Source: Nitrososphaerota archaeon
GTDB lineage: Archaea; Thermoproteota; Nitrososphaeria_A; Caldarchaeales; Calditenuaceae
Direction: 5' to 3'
DNA: 64,000 nucleotides
NCBI GenBank assembly: GCA_033581555.1
Contig: JAVQSZ010000007.1
Coordinates: 1-64,000, forward strand
Part shown: piece after piece, positions 46,662 through 55,058 of the stretch
How the letters are laid out: every line of letters begins with the position of its first letter
How positions within the stretch are numbered: position 1 is the stretch's first letter
The notes under the pieces: model-generated
Database searches by the model: none
What the model was told of the DNA's origin: nothing
What the model saw: the letters and a program-made list of their open reading frames with translations, nothing else
Made by a program: the position numbers and the translations under genes

Positions 46662-47216
46662 ATGGCGAGGAGGACCGCGAGGGCAGGAGCGCGCAGGGCA
46701 GCGGTCCCGCTCTCGAAGGTACCAGTGCGGGTCAAGGTCAACGGCGTCGAGTACTCCCACGAGGTCGAGCCTAGGCTCCTCCTGGTCCACTACATCAGGG
46801 ACGTCCTGGGATTGACCGGGACGCACATCGGCTGCGACACCTCCAACTGCGGCGCCTGCACCGTGCTGATGAAGGGCCCGTGGGGTGACGAGTGGAGGGC
46901 GGTGAAGTCCTGCACGCTCTTCGCCCCGCAGGCCGATGGCGCGGAGATAATCACGGTCGAGGGCCTCGCGAGGGACGGCGAGCTCCACCCGCTCCAGAAG
47001 GCCTTCTGGGAGCACCACGCGCTCCAGTGCGGCTACTGCACTCCCGGGATGATACTCGCAGCGCTGGGCTTCCTCAAGATCAACCCGAACCCGACAAGGG
47101 ACGAGATAAAGAGGGGGATCGCAGGCAACCTCTGTAGGTGCACGGGTTACGTGAACATCGTCAAGGCGGTCGAGGCCGCAGCGAAGGAGATGCGGGAGAA
47201 GGGGAGCTGGATCTAG
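46662..47216 (+). CDS. coxS: Molybdenum hydroxylase 2Fe-2S subunit (CoxS/CutC-like)
   Basis: [30 protein letters not shown]. Confidence 0.92.
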   Translation: MARRTARAGARRAAVPLSKVPVRVKVNGVEYSHEVEPRLLLVHYIRDVLGLTGTHIGCDTSNCGACTVLMKGPWGDEWRAVKSCTLFAPQADGAEIITVEGLARDGELHPLQKAFWEHHALQCGYCTPGMILAALGFLKINPNPTRDEIKRGIAGNLCRCTGYVNIVKAVEAAAKEMREKGSWI

Positions 47217-47327
47217 TCTGGACTCGGAGCGGACTCGTCGACCGATACCCCGACTTTTCAGTTCCGCTTTCTCCTCCTGGGAAGCGTAAACGTCTAAATT
47301 GATCCGTTCGGAACCCAATGGTGCGGC

Positions 47328-47437
47328 AGCCCGGTCGTCTAGCGGCCAAACTGGCCAGAGGGCCAAGGATTCCGGGCTCTGGATCCCCGCTCGGGAGGGG
47401 AGCCCCGGAGACGGCGGTTCGAATCCGCCCCGGGCTA
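47328..47437 (+). tRNA. tRNA-Gln(CUG) with two introns (about 47350-47366 in the D-arm and 47383-47402 at 37/38)
   Basis: AGCCCGG/CCGGGCT acceptor, CCGGG-CT-CTG-G^C-CCCGG, GGTTCGAATCC; removing both inserts gives a normal cloverleaf. Confidence 0.88.
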
Positions 47438-47503
47438 CCTTCTGACACAGCGAGTCCTTCACCGAGAACGCTTTATCTCGAGGGCGCTCGGTCCTGCACA
47501 GGG

Positions 47504-47869
47504 TTGTCGAAGGCGAAGAAGGAGCAGGTCAGGGAGAAGGTGGTGAGGGGGATCGAGGCGCCGGCCGCGAAGGAGCTCGAGGAGTTCCTGAGGTCGCTGA
47601 GCTACGTCACGCCCTCCATGCTCGCGGAGAGGTTCAGGGTGAGGCTCTCGGTCGCGAAGGACCTGCTCTCAGAGATGGCCTCGAGGGGGCTCCTGAGGCT
47701 CGTCAGCGGGACCAACAGGTTCAGGGTTTACGCGGTCGTGGGAGGGAAGGCCCCGGCGAGGATACAGGCGGCCCAGTCGGCCGAGCTACAGGTCGAAGCC
47801 GCCGGCGAGGTCGCTGCGGCCGCGAAGGGGAAGAAGGCGAAGAAGGCCCAGGAGAAAAAGAAGAAGTGA
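47504..47869 (+). CDS. rps25e: 30S ribosomal protein S25e
   Basis: YVTPS.LAERF.V.LSVAK.LL.E....G...LV.....RVY winged helix; TTG start at 47504. Confidence 0.88.
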   Translation: MSKAKKEQVREKVVRGIEAPAAKELEEFLRSLSYVTPSMLAERFRVRLSVAKDLLSEMASRGLLRLVSGTNRFRVYAVVGGKAPARIQAAQSAELQVEAAGEVAAAAKGKKAKKAQEKKKK

Positions 47870-47919
47870 GACGAACGCTCAGGGCGCGGTCGGGCCGACG
47901 CGCTGATGGAGGGCTCACT

Positions 47920-48017
47920 TGGGGCCGGTGGGATTTGAACCCACGACATCCAGCGATCCGTCTAGCTCAGGCGCTCGTCCCCAGGCTGGCGTCCACTCCA
48001 TGCTGGACCACGGCCCC
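47920..48017 (-). tRNA. tRNA-Pro(GGG) with about 23-nt intron (47956-47978)
   Basis: GGGGCCG/CGGCCCC acceptor, CCAGC-CT-GGG-G...GCTGG, GGTTCAAATCC. Confidence 0.88.
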
Positions 48018-48228
48018 CGAGCTCTCTCGGCCCCGGTCTGACTATTAACCTTCCGGACGGCAAGAGGCGTAAGGCCAGGGGTCGCGATCCGTCCGCCCTC
48101 GTCAGGAGAGAGCGTACTCCGGAGGCCTGCGAGGGCCTCAGAGTGGTCGTTCCCGGGAATTGCTTATAGGTCCGCGGTGGTCCGAGGTAGAGGTTAAGGC
48201 CGACGTCGAGCGACGACTCGGTGAGCCG

Positions 48229-48324
<96 letters not shown>

Positions 48325-48378
48325 CCTCCCACTGGTCCGAGCTAAGACTAAATTCGGATCGAATCGCGAGATCTACCG

Positions 48379-48600
48379 ATGTTCGGAGGTCAAAGGGAAG
48401 AGCTTCCCAAGCAGGTCGCGGTGCCCGTGACCGTGATGAGGTGCGAGGCCTGCGGGACCTTCCACTCCAGGCCCCACCAGGTCCAGGACTACGTCTTCAA
48501 GAGGCTGAAGTCCTTCTGCCCGAAGTGCAACTCCGAGACCGAGATGCTGATCGTGAGCATTCACGTCGAGGAGAAGAAGCCGCAGCAGCAGACTGCCTGA
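48379..48600 (+). CDS. Small zinc-ribbon protein
   Basis: CEAC...R...DYVFK...CPKC, 73 aa. Confidence 0.72.
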   Translation: MFGGQREELPKQVAVPVTVMRCEACGTFHSRPHQVQDYVFKRLKSFCPKCNSETEMLIVSIHVEEKKPQQQTA

Positions 48601-48615
48601 AGGCCCCAGGACTCC

Positions 48616-49506
48616 TCACGTGATGACCTCTGCTCCGTCCTCCCACACGACGACCGTGTGCTCGGCCTGCGCGACCGGGGCGCCCGACCTCTCGACGAGG
48701 ACCGCGTACCCGTGAACGTAACCTCTCCTGTAGAGCGATCCGTGCAGCTCCAGGTCGATGTCCTTGAACCACCTGACCGCGTATGGCAGACCTCCTGTCG
48801 CCTCGTGGATCCTGAGGAGGAGCTCCCTCTGCTCCTTCGCGAGCCTCCCTGCCCTCTCGACCGAGGTCCTCGGGACCCTGAAGATCTCGACCGAGTCCGA
48901 GTCGACGACCCTTCCGGACGCGTCGGACCTCGTGACGAAGGGTTCGATCGCGTAGACCTTCCCCCTCTCCAGCCTCCCCTCGCCGGCCCTGACGTTAGGT
49001 ATCGAGAGGCCCGCGTGGAGGTCGTACCGCTCGATCTGGTGTCCGGAGAGGTTGCTGATCGGCCTGTAGCCCAACGACGTTATCGCGTCCCCGATCGCGC
49101 CCCCCACCACAGAGACTGGGACTCCGGCCCTCGCGGCCTTTAGGGCCGCCTGCAGGGCCCTCTCCGCGGCGATCATCATCACTTCGTCCGAGCCCGGGAG
49201 CGGTACGGTCACCGCGGTGTCGGCGATGTAGCCGTCCATCGAGACGCCCAGGTCCACCTTGACCAGCGAGCCCCTCCTGAGGACGTAGTCCGTGACCGGA
49301 CTCGGGGTAGAGTGGGCTGCGACCGCGTCGACGCCGACGTTGCACGGGAACGCCGGTTTTCCTCCCAGCTCGACGATCCTCGACTCGACCCACTCGGCGA
49401 CCTCCAGCGCGCTGACGCCCTCCTTGACCCTGGACCTCACCTCCTCCCTCACCCTCCTCGCGATCTCGCCTGCAGACCTGAGCAGCTCGTACCGTTCCTC
49501 GTCCAT
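48616..49506 (-). CDS. map: Methionine aminopeptidase type II
   Basis: AFPCN, AAH, KVDLG..DGYIADTA, NLSGH, LHAG, AIEPF, QAEHT. Confidence 0.95.
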   Translation of the reverse strand: MDEERYELLRSAGEIARRVREEVRSRVKEGVSALEVAEWVESRIVELGGKPAFPCNVGVDAVAAHSTPSPVTDYVLRRGSLVKVDLGVSMDGYIADTAVTVPLPGSDEVMMIAAERALQAALKAARAGVPVSVVGGAIGDAITSLGYRPISNLSGHQIERYDLHAGLSIPNVRAGEGRLERGKVYAIEPFVTRSDASGRVVDSDSVEIFRVPRTSVERAGRLAKEQRELLLRIHEATGGLPYAVRWFKDIDLELHGSLYRRGYVHGYAVLVERSGAPVAQAEHTVVVWEDGAEVIT

Positions 49507-49519
49507 GACTCCGGTTAGC

Positions 49520-49684
49520 TCACCTGCGTGCGATCTCCCTCTTCTTCCACCTCAGGTTGTAGCTCCTGCACTTCCTGCACTTCTCAGCGCTCGCCGGGTT
49601 CCTCGAGCCGCACTTCCTGCAGATCTTGTAGTGGAGCCTCTTCCTCTGGGCCAGCTGTATCAGCGTCGCGTCGAGGACGGGCAT
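49520..49684 (-). CDS. rpl40e: 50S ribosomal protein L40e
   Basis: Manual translation MPVLDATLIQLAQRKRLHYKICRKCGSRNPASAEKCRKCRSYNLRWKKREIARR*; below the ORF track cutoff. Confidence 0.93.
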   Translation of the reverse strand: MPVLDATLIQLAQRKRLHYKICRKCGSRNPASAEKCRKCRSYNLRWKKREIARR

Positions 49685-49719
49685 GCCTTCCCGTCACCCG
49701 CCTGGCCCTCAATTAATGC

Positions 49720-50808
49720 CTATTCCGGCTCCTCGAAGACCCAGCTGAGGTCCGGGCCCTTCCTGCCCTCGGGGACCCTCTCGGCGAGCGCGTGGGCGAT
49801 CAGCGGGAGGGCGATCGTCGCGTCGGCGAAGCACTGGACCTTGTGGCTGTCCCTCGACTCCTTTCCCCAGCTCACCGCCTCCTCCAACGTCGCCCCGGAG
49901 AGCCCTCCCCAGTGAGGGCTGTCGGTGGTCACCTGCATCGCGAACCTGTGCGGTCTGGTCTTCGTCAGGTCGCCGCTGGTCAGCACGTCGACCGAGACCG
50001 CGACCAGCTGAATGATGTCCTTTGGGACTCCGCCTCCGATGAAGACCGCAGCGCCGTCCCTGAACTTCGACCTGATCATCACCATCTGCTCGAAGTCCCT
50101 GAAGTGGTCGATCAGTAGCCTGAAGGACCTGTCCCTCCACCTGTTGATGAGGTACGCGACGCCGTAACCGCTGTCGACCAGGGCCGGGACGAAGACCGGG
50201 ACGCCGGACCTGTACGCGGACGCGAGTATCCCGTCTATTCCCCTCCCGTCGAGCCAGCGGCCGAAGAGGTGGAGGAACTGGGCGGAGCTGTAGGTCCTGG
50301 ACCTGTCGACCTCTCGCATGAACTCCGCGATCTCCTCCTCCATCCTGAGGTAGTCGTCCTCCCTGACAAGGACGTCGTGGAACCTGTAGATCCTCTGGGA
50401 CCTCAGCTCGGCGTCGTCGAGCCATGGGGACCCCTGCCAGTACCTCATCCCCATCGCCTCGATCAGGTCCTCGGAGACGTTCGCGCCAGTCGAGACCAGC
50501 ACGTCGACGAACCTCCTCTCTATCAGCCACTTGACGATCTTCCACTGGCCGGTCGTGCTCATCGACCCTGCTAAGCCCATGAAGATCACCGTGTCCTCGG
50601 CCCTGATCGCCCTCTCCCAGACCCTCACGGCCTCGCCGAGCGTCCTGCCCTGGAACCCGGTCCCCGACATCTCCTCGAGGACCTCGGAGACGCGCTTCCC
50701 CGCGCTCACCTCGATCGGCCTGAGGGGGCGACTGAGCAAGCCCTCGCGCACCTTTTCGGCACCTTGCGGATCGATTCGGCCAGTCCACTCATAAGGGTTA
50801 AGCTGCAC
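49720..50808 (-). CDS. dys: Deoxyhypusine synthase
   Basis: TGFQG, STGAN, GGGVPK, GGLSGATLEEAVSWGK, DATIALP. Confidence 0.93.
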   Translation of the reverse strand: MQLNPYEWTGRIDPQGAEKVREGLLSRPLRPIEVSAGKRVSEVLEEMSGTGFQGRTLGEAVRVWERAIRAEDTVIFMGLAGSMSTTGQWKIVKWLIERRFVDVLVSTGANVSEDLIEAMGMRYWQGSPWLDDAELRSQRIYRFHDVLVREDDYLRMEEEIAEFMREVDRSRTYSSAQFLHLFGRWLDGRGIDGILASAYRSGVPVFVPALVDSGYGVAYLINRWRDRSFRLLIDHFRDFEQMVMIRSKFRDGAAVFIGGGVPKDIIQLVAVSVDVLTSGDLTKTRPHRFAMQVTTDSPHWGGLSGATLEEAVSWGKESRDSHKVQCFADATIALPLIAHALAERVPEGRKGPDLSWVFEEPE

Positions 50809-50922
50809 CCGAAACCGTGATTACCCCCTCTCGCGCCAATTCAGTCCAAAACGAGATTTCAGTTCCGTAGACCGACTCCATGAGCCAATCTTGATAAGCA
50901 CCTTCTGGTCTGTAGCGCCGGA

Positions 50923-53112
50923 ATGAACGAGGAGCAGCAGCCGGTGAAGGAGCTGAGGTTGCGGGTCGCGGAGGCGCGCCAGAGGGACGTCGGATACGGA
51001 ATAGCCAGGATCGACAGAGAGGTAGGGTCATCTGCAGGTCTAGCGACTGGTGACATAATAGAGATACGTGGCAGGAAGCTCGCTGCTGCGACGCTCTGGC
51101 TCGGCTACTTGGAGGAGGAGAAGGACGTCGTGAGGATCGACGGCTACATCAGGAGCAACGCGGGCGTCTCGCTAAACGAGTACGTCATCGTGAGGAAGGC
51201 CAACGTTAAGGAGGCCCAGCTCGTGGTCCTCGCGCCCGTGAACAACACCATCAAGCCCGACGAGAACTTCATAAAGCTCGTCAAGAGCAGGCTGATCGAG
51301 TACCCGCTGGTCCAGAAGAACGTCATCCCCGTCCTCTTCTTCGGGAACCTCTTCAACTTCGCGGTCCTCCAGACCAGGCCGACCGGGATAGTCAAGATCA
51401 CTCCGAAGACCAAGATCGTCATCCACAGCAGGCCAGTCCAGGAGAAGACTCTCAGCACCAACGTCACCTACGAGGACATCGGCGGCCTCCATGAGCAGAT
51501 CCAGAAGATCAGGGAGATGGTCGAGCTCCCGCTTAGGTACCCTGAGCTCTTCCAGAAGCTCGGAATAGACCCGCCGAAGGGCGTGCTGCTCTACGGCCCG
51601 CCCGGCTGCGGTAAGACGCTCCTCGCGAAGGCGGTCGCCACAGAGGCAGAGGCCAACTTCTTCCTCATCAACGGCCCTGAGATCATGAACAAGTACTACG
51701 GCGAGACCGAGGCGAAGCTCAGGGAGGTCTTCAGGAAGGCCGAAGAGGAGGCCCCGAGCATCATCTTCATCGACGAGCTCGACGCGATCGCCCCGAAGAG
51801 GAGCGAGGTCACCGGGGAGGTCGAGAAGAGGGTCGTGGCCCAGCTGCTGGCCCTAATGGACGGCCTCGAGGGCAGGGGCCAGGTGATCGTGATAGGCGCG
51901 ACGAACAGGCCCAACGCGCTGGACCCGGCCCTGAGGAGGCCCGGGAGGTTTGACAGGGAGATCGAGATCGGGATACCGGACAAGCGCGGCCGGAAGGAGA
52001 TCCTCCAGATCCACACCAGGGGGATGCCTCTGGCCCCGGACGTCGACGTCGACAAGCTCGCGGACGTGACGAAGGGTTACACCGGCGCGGACCTCGCGGC
52101 CCTCTGCAGGGAGGCGGCCATGAAGTGCATCAGGAGGATCCTCCCGAGCATCGACTTCAACGAGGAGCGCCTCTCCCCGGAGATCCTGGACCAGCTGGTC
52201 GTCACGATGAAGGACTTCATGGACGCCTACAGGGAGATCACTCCGACCGCGCTGAGGGAGGTCGAGATCGAGACCCCGATGGTCCGGTGGGACGACATCG
52301 GAGGCCTCGAGGACGTCAAGCAGAGGCTGATCGAGTCGATCGAGTGGCCGATCAAGTACGCTGACAAGTTCGAGAGGTTGGGCATCAAGCCCCCGAGGGG
52401 CGTGCTGCTCTACGGCCCGCCCGGCTGCGGTAAGACGCTCCTCGCGAAGGCGGTCGCTACAGAGGCAGAGGCCAACTTCGTCACGATCAAGGGCCCGGAG
52501 ATCTACTCGAAGTGGGTCGGCGAGTCGGAGAGGGCCGTGAGGGAGGTCTTCAGGAAGGCGAGGCAGGCGGCGCCATGTGTCGTCTTCCTCGACGAGGTCG
52601 AGACCCTGATACCGAGGAGGGACATGCTGGACGACAGCTCCGGCGTCACCCACAGGGTCACCAGCACGCTGCTCGCGGAGATGGACGGGATCGAGGAGCT
52701 CAGGGACGTCATAATCATCGGGGCCACGAACAGGCCGGACCTGCTAGACCCGTCGGCCCTGAGGCCAGGCAGGTTCGACAGGCTGATCTACGTCCCGCCG
52801 CCCGACGAGAGGGGCAGGCATCAAATCCTGAAGATCTACACGAAGAGGATGCAGCTGGCGCCCGACGTGGACCTAGAGAGGCTTGCGGCGATGACCGAGG
52901 GCTACTCCGGTGCCGACATCGAGGCGCTCTGCAGGGAGGCTGGCCTCAACGCCCTGAGGAGGAATCCGGACACAGAGTACGTCACCTGGACCGACTTCCA
53001 GGAGGCGCTGAAGCTCGTGAGGCCGAGCATCACGCCCCAGACGCTCAAGGAGTACGAGAAGATTTCCGAGGTGCTGAGGGCCTCGGACAGGCCGCTGCCG
53101 ATGTTCGGTTAG
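50923..53112 (+). CDS. cdc48: Cdc48/p97/VAT AAA+ ATPase
   Basis: N-domain plus two AAA modules (GPPGCGKT twice, DE, RPGRFDR); C-terminal MFG resembles HbYX. Confidence 0.97.
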   Translation: MNEEQQPVKELRLRVAEARQRDVGYGIARIDREVGSSAGLATGDIIEIRGRKLAAATLWLGYLEEEKDVVRIDGYIRSNAGVSLNEYVIVRKANVKEAQLVVLAPVNNTIKPDENFIKLVKSRLIEYPLVQKNVIPVLFFGNLFNFAVLQTRPTGIVKITPKTKIVIHSRPVQEKTLSTNVTYEDIGGLHEQIQKIREMVELPLRYPELFQKLGIDPPKGVLLYGPPGCGKTLLAKAVATEAEANFFLINGPEIMNKYYGETEAKLREVFRKAEEEAPSIIFIDELDAIAPKRSEVTGEVEKRVVAQLLALMDGLEGRGQVIVIGATNRPNALDPALRRPGRFDREIEIGIPDKRGRKEILQIHTRGMPLAPDVDVDKLADVTKGYTGADLAALCREAAMKCIRRILPSIDFNEERLSPEILDQLVVTMKDFMDAYREITPTALREVEIETPMVRWDDIGGLEDVKQRLIESIEWPIKYADKFERLGIKPPRGVLLYGPPGCGKTLLAKAVATEAEANFVTIKGPEIYSKWVGESERAVREVFRKARQAAPCVVFLDEVETLIPRRDMLDDSSGVTHRVTSTLLAEMDGIEELRDVIIIGATNRPDLLDPSALRPGRFDRLIYVPPPDERGRHQILKIYTKRMQLAPDVDLERLAAMTEGYSGADIEALCREAGLNALRRNPDTEYVTWTDFQEALKLVRPSITPQTLKEYEKISEVLRASDRPLPMFG
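51579..52479 (+). repeat. 82-nt near-perfect direct repeat (51579-51660 and 52398-52479) within cdc48
   Basis: GGGCGTGCTGCTCTACGGCCCGCCCGGCTGCGGTAAG...GAGGCCAACTTC identical except one synonymous C/T. Confidence 0.9.
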
Positions 53113-53117
53113 AGGTC

Positions 53118-53339
53118 ATGGGGAGGACGGAGCTTATCCAAGCGGTTCTGGACGTCCTTAAGAGGAACAGCGGGAAGATGATGGAGTCGAGCCTGCTGAA
53201 GTCGCTCCAGAGCAGGTACAAGGACGTCACGCTCTCCGAGCTGAGGAAGGCCCTGCTCGTGATGGAGCTGAACGGGGTCATCAGGGTCCACAGCCTCGAC
53301 GAGGAGCGGAAGCTCATCAGCGTCGTGGGCGTCAAGTGA
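53118..53339 (+). CDS. Small winged-helix protein
   Basis: MGRTELIQAVLDVLKRN...SELRKALLVMELNGVIRV; ATG 5 nt after the cdc48 stop. Confidence 0.75.
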   Translation: MGRTELIQAVLDVLKRNSGKMMESSLLKSLQSRYKDVTLSELRKALLVMELNGVIRVHSLDEERKLISVVGVK

Positions 53340-53341
53340 GT

Positions 53342-54376
53342 TCAGTACCACTGGTCCAGGCTCGTTATCCCCGAGATCCTCCTCTGCTGCTCCAAGAGCT
53401 CCTTCAGCGCCTTCTCCACCCTATCCTCACTGAAGTCGTGCTCGTCGCAGAGGACCCGCTTCACCCGCTCCGGGTCCAAGGGCCTCCACTCGAGCTTGAC
53501 GTCGTGGGTCACAGCCGGCTCCAGGAAGAGCCTTCTGACCTCACCTATGTCCACCGGGGGCTCCACCTTGAGGTGCCTTAGAGCCGCCTCCGCGGTCCCG
53601 TGCTCCCTGATCAGCTGCAGGGCCCTCTTCGGACCGACGCCTTTGACGCCCTCGAAGTAGTCGGTGCCGATGAGTATCGCGACGTCGATCAGCTGCTGCC
53701 TCGTGACGTTGAGGGCGCTGAAGAGCCGCTCTGCGTAGACTACCTCCGGCCTCACCTCGACGTACTCCCTCCTCCCAGGCAGCTTCCTCCTCCCGATGAC
53801 CGAGAGGTTCCTGACGAGCCTCGGCGACCCGAAGAGTATCGAGTCGTAGTCCTGCGAGGCCGACCCCCAGACCCTGCCACTTCTAGCCATGTGGGCCGCC
53901 TGAGCCTCCCCCTCCGAGGGCGCGAAGACGTAGGGCACGCCCATCGCGTCCAGCAGCCTGGTCGCGGACTCAAGCATGTACCTCTCGAGGGTCGCGGTCT
54001 GCGCGGCGTACTTCCTCGCGGCCTCCAGGTCGCCGGACTTCAGGGCCTCTTCGTACTTCGCGGCCGCCTCCCTTTTCGCCTCGAGCCTCTTCCTGATCGT
54101 CTCGAGCTTCTGCTGGGGCGGCTCGCCGTCGAAGACGTATACGACCTTTGCCCCCACCTCGAGCAGGTTCACGGTCCTGAAGAAGAGGCCGCTGAGGTGG
54201 CTGGTGACCCGGCCCTTCGAGTCCATCAGTGGCCTCCCGTCGGGTCCCCTGATGATCGAGAGGAACTGGTAGAGGGTGTTGTACCCGTCGATCGCGATCG
54301 ACTTCCCCCTGAAGAACTCCAGCTCGACCTCCTCGACCGCCTCAGGAGGGATGATGTCCCCCAGCTTGACCCCCAA
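53342..54376 (-). CDS. fen: Flap endonuclease 1
   Basis: MGV, YQFLS.IR, TSHLSG, SEGEAQA, SQDYD, GTDY, C-terminal PIP box SLDQWY. Confidence 0.97.
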   Translation of the reverse strand: MGVKLGDIIPPEAVEEVELEFFRGKSIAIDGYNTLYQFLSIIRGPDGRPLMDSKGRVTSHLSGLFFRTVNLLEVGAKVVYVFDGEPPQQKLETIRKRLEAKREAAAKYEEALKSGDLEAARKYAAQTATLERYMLESATRLLDAMGVPYVFAPSEGEAQAAHMARSGRVWGSASQDYDSILFGSPRLVRNLSVIGRRKLPGRREYVEVRPEVVYAERLFSALNVTRQQLIDVAILIGTDYFEGVKGVGPKRALQLIREHGTAEAALRHLKVEPPVDIGEVRRLFLEPAVTHDVKLEWRPLDPERVKRVLCDEHDFSEDRVEKALKELLEQQRRISGITSLDQWY

Positions 54377-54424
54377 CTTCTCCCCCTTCTCCTGCCCGAG
54401 CCCCGCGATAACGGTTTCCTCCGC

Positions 54425-54949
54425 TCACCTGAGGGCCCTGAGGTTCGCCTCGAGCTCGACCTCCCTCGCCAGCGTCCTGAGGACCGGGGACCTCCTCAAA
54501 GACTCCGTGAAGACCTCCCGGAGGACGGACTCGTCGGCGTCGGACCTGACGTAGCAGGTCAGCGATATCCTGACGAAGCCCGGGTCGCCCTCGTCGGAGA
54601 GCCCCAGGTACGCGAGCAAGTCCCCGAGCTCGCCCTCCACGGCCACCTCGACGTCCTCGATCATCACGTTCCTCCTCGTCGCCAGATAAACGAACGTCAG
54701 GAGGAGGCATGCGCCCAGCGACCCCAACAGGTACTCCACGGACGTGGGGGTGCTGACGGGCCCGCTAGGGTCCTCGTCGACCTCGAACCTCCCGGCTCCG
54801 GCCCGCACGACCGACCTCATCCCTCCCCTCCACGAGGCCCTCGACCTCCTCGAGTTCATCTGCCTCCTCTTCGCGGGGTCAGCGTACTGCTCCGAGACCA
54901 GCCTCAGGGCCCTCTCCAGCGACTCCACGTTGATCCCGTTGACCTCCAC
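54425..54949 (-). CDS. OsmC/Ohr family protein
   Basis: VNGINV N-terminus, DED...P..VEYLLGSLGAC, G..PGF..I, SPV. Confidence 0.8.
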   Translation of the reverse strand: MEVNGINVESLERALRLVSEQYADPAKRRQMNSRRSRASWRGGMRSVVRAGAGRFEVDEDPSGPVSTPTSVEYLLGSLGACLLLTFVYLATRRNVMIEDVEVAVEGELGDLLAYLGLSDEGDPGFVRISLTCYVRSDADESVLREVFTESLRRSPVLRTLAREVELEANLRALR

Positions 54950-55058
54950 CAACCCAGGGCACGGCCCTTTCTCCCGCACAAAACCCTTCCCGGCTCCTCT
55001 CCAAGAGGCCGGACGACCGGGGAGAACCTTTATCCGGCCTAAGGGCTCGGGGCCGCGG

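Noticed and set aside
45764-47216. Aerobic CO dehydrogenase call
   Set aside because: The diagnostic large subunit is not in the window.
48095-48110. CTGACGA on the minus strand as a hammerhead ribozyme core
   Set aside because: No GAAA after a stem II.
48379-48600. Zn-binding ORF (and the 29212 micro-protein) as the missing RING E3
   Set aside because: Only two CxxC pairs each; no C3HC4/C3H2C3 spacing.
49520-49684. Ubiquitin-L40e fusion as in eukaryotes
   Set aside because: L40e is free-standing, with dys ending just upstream.
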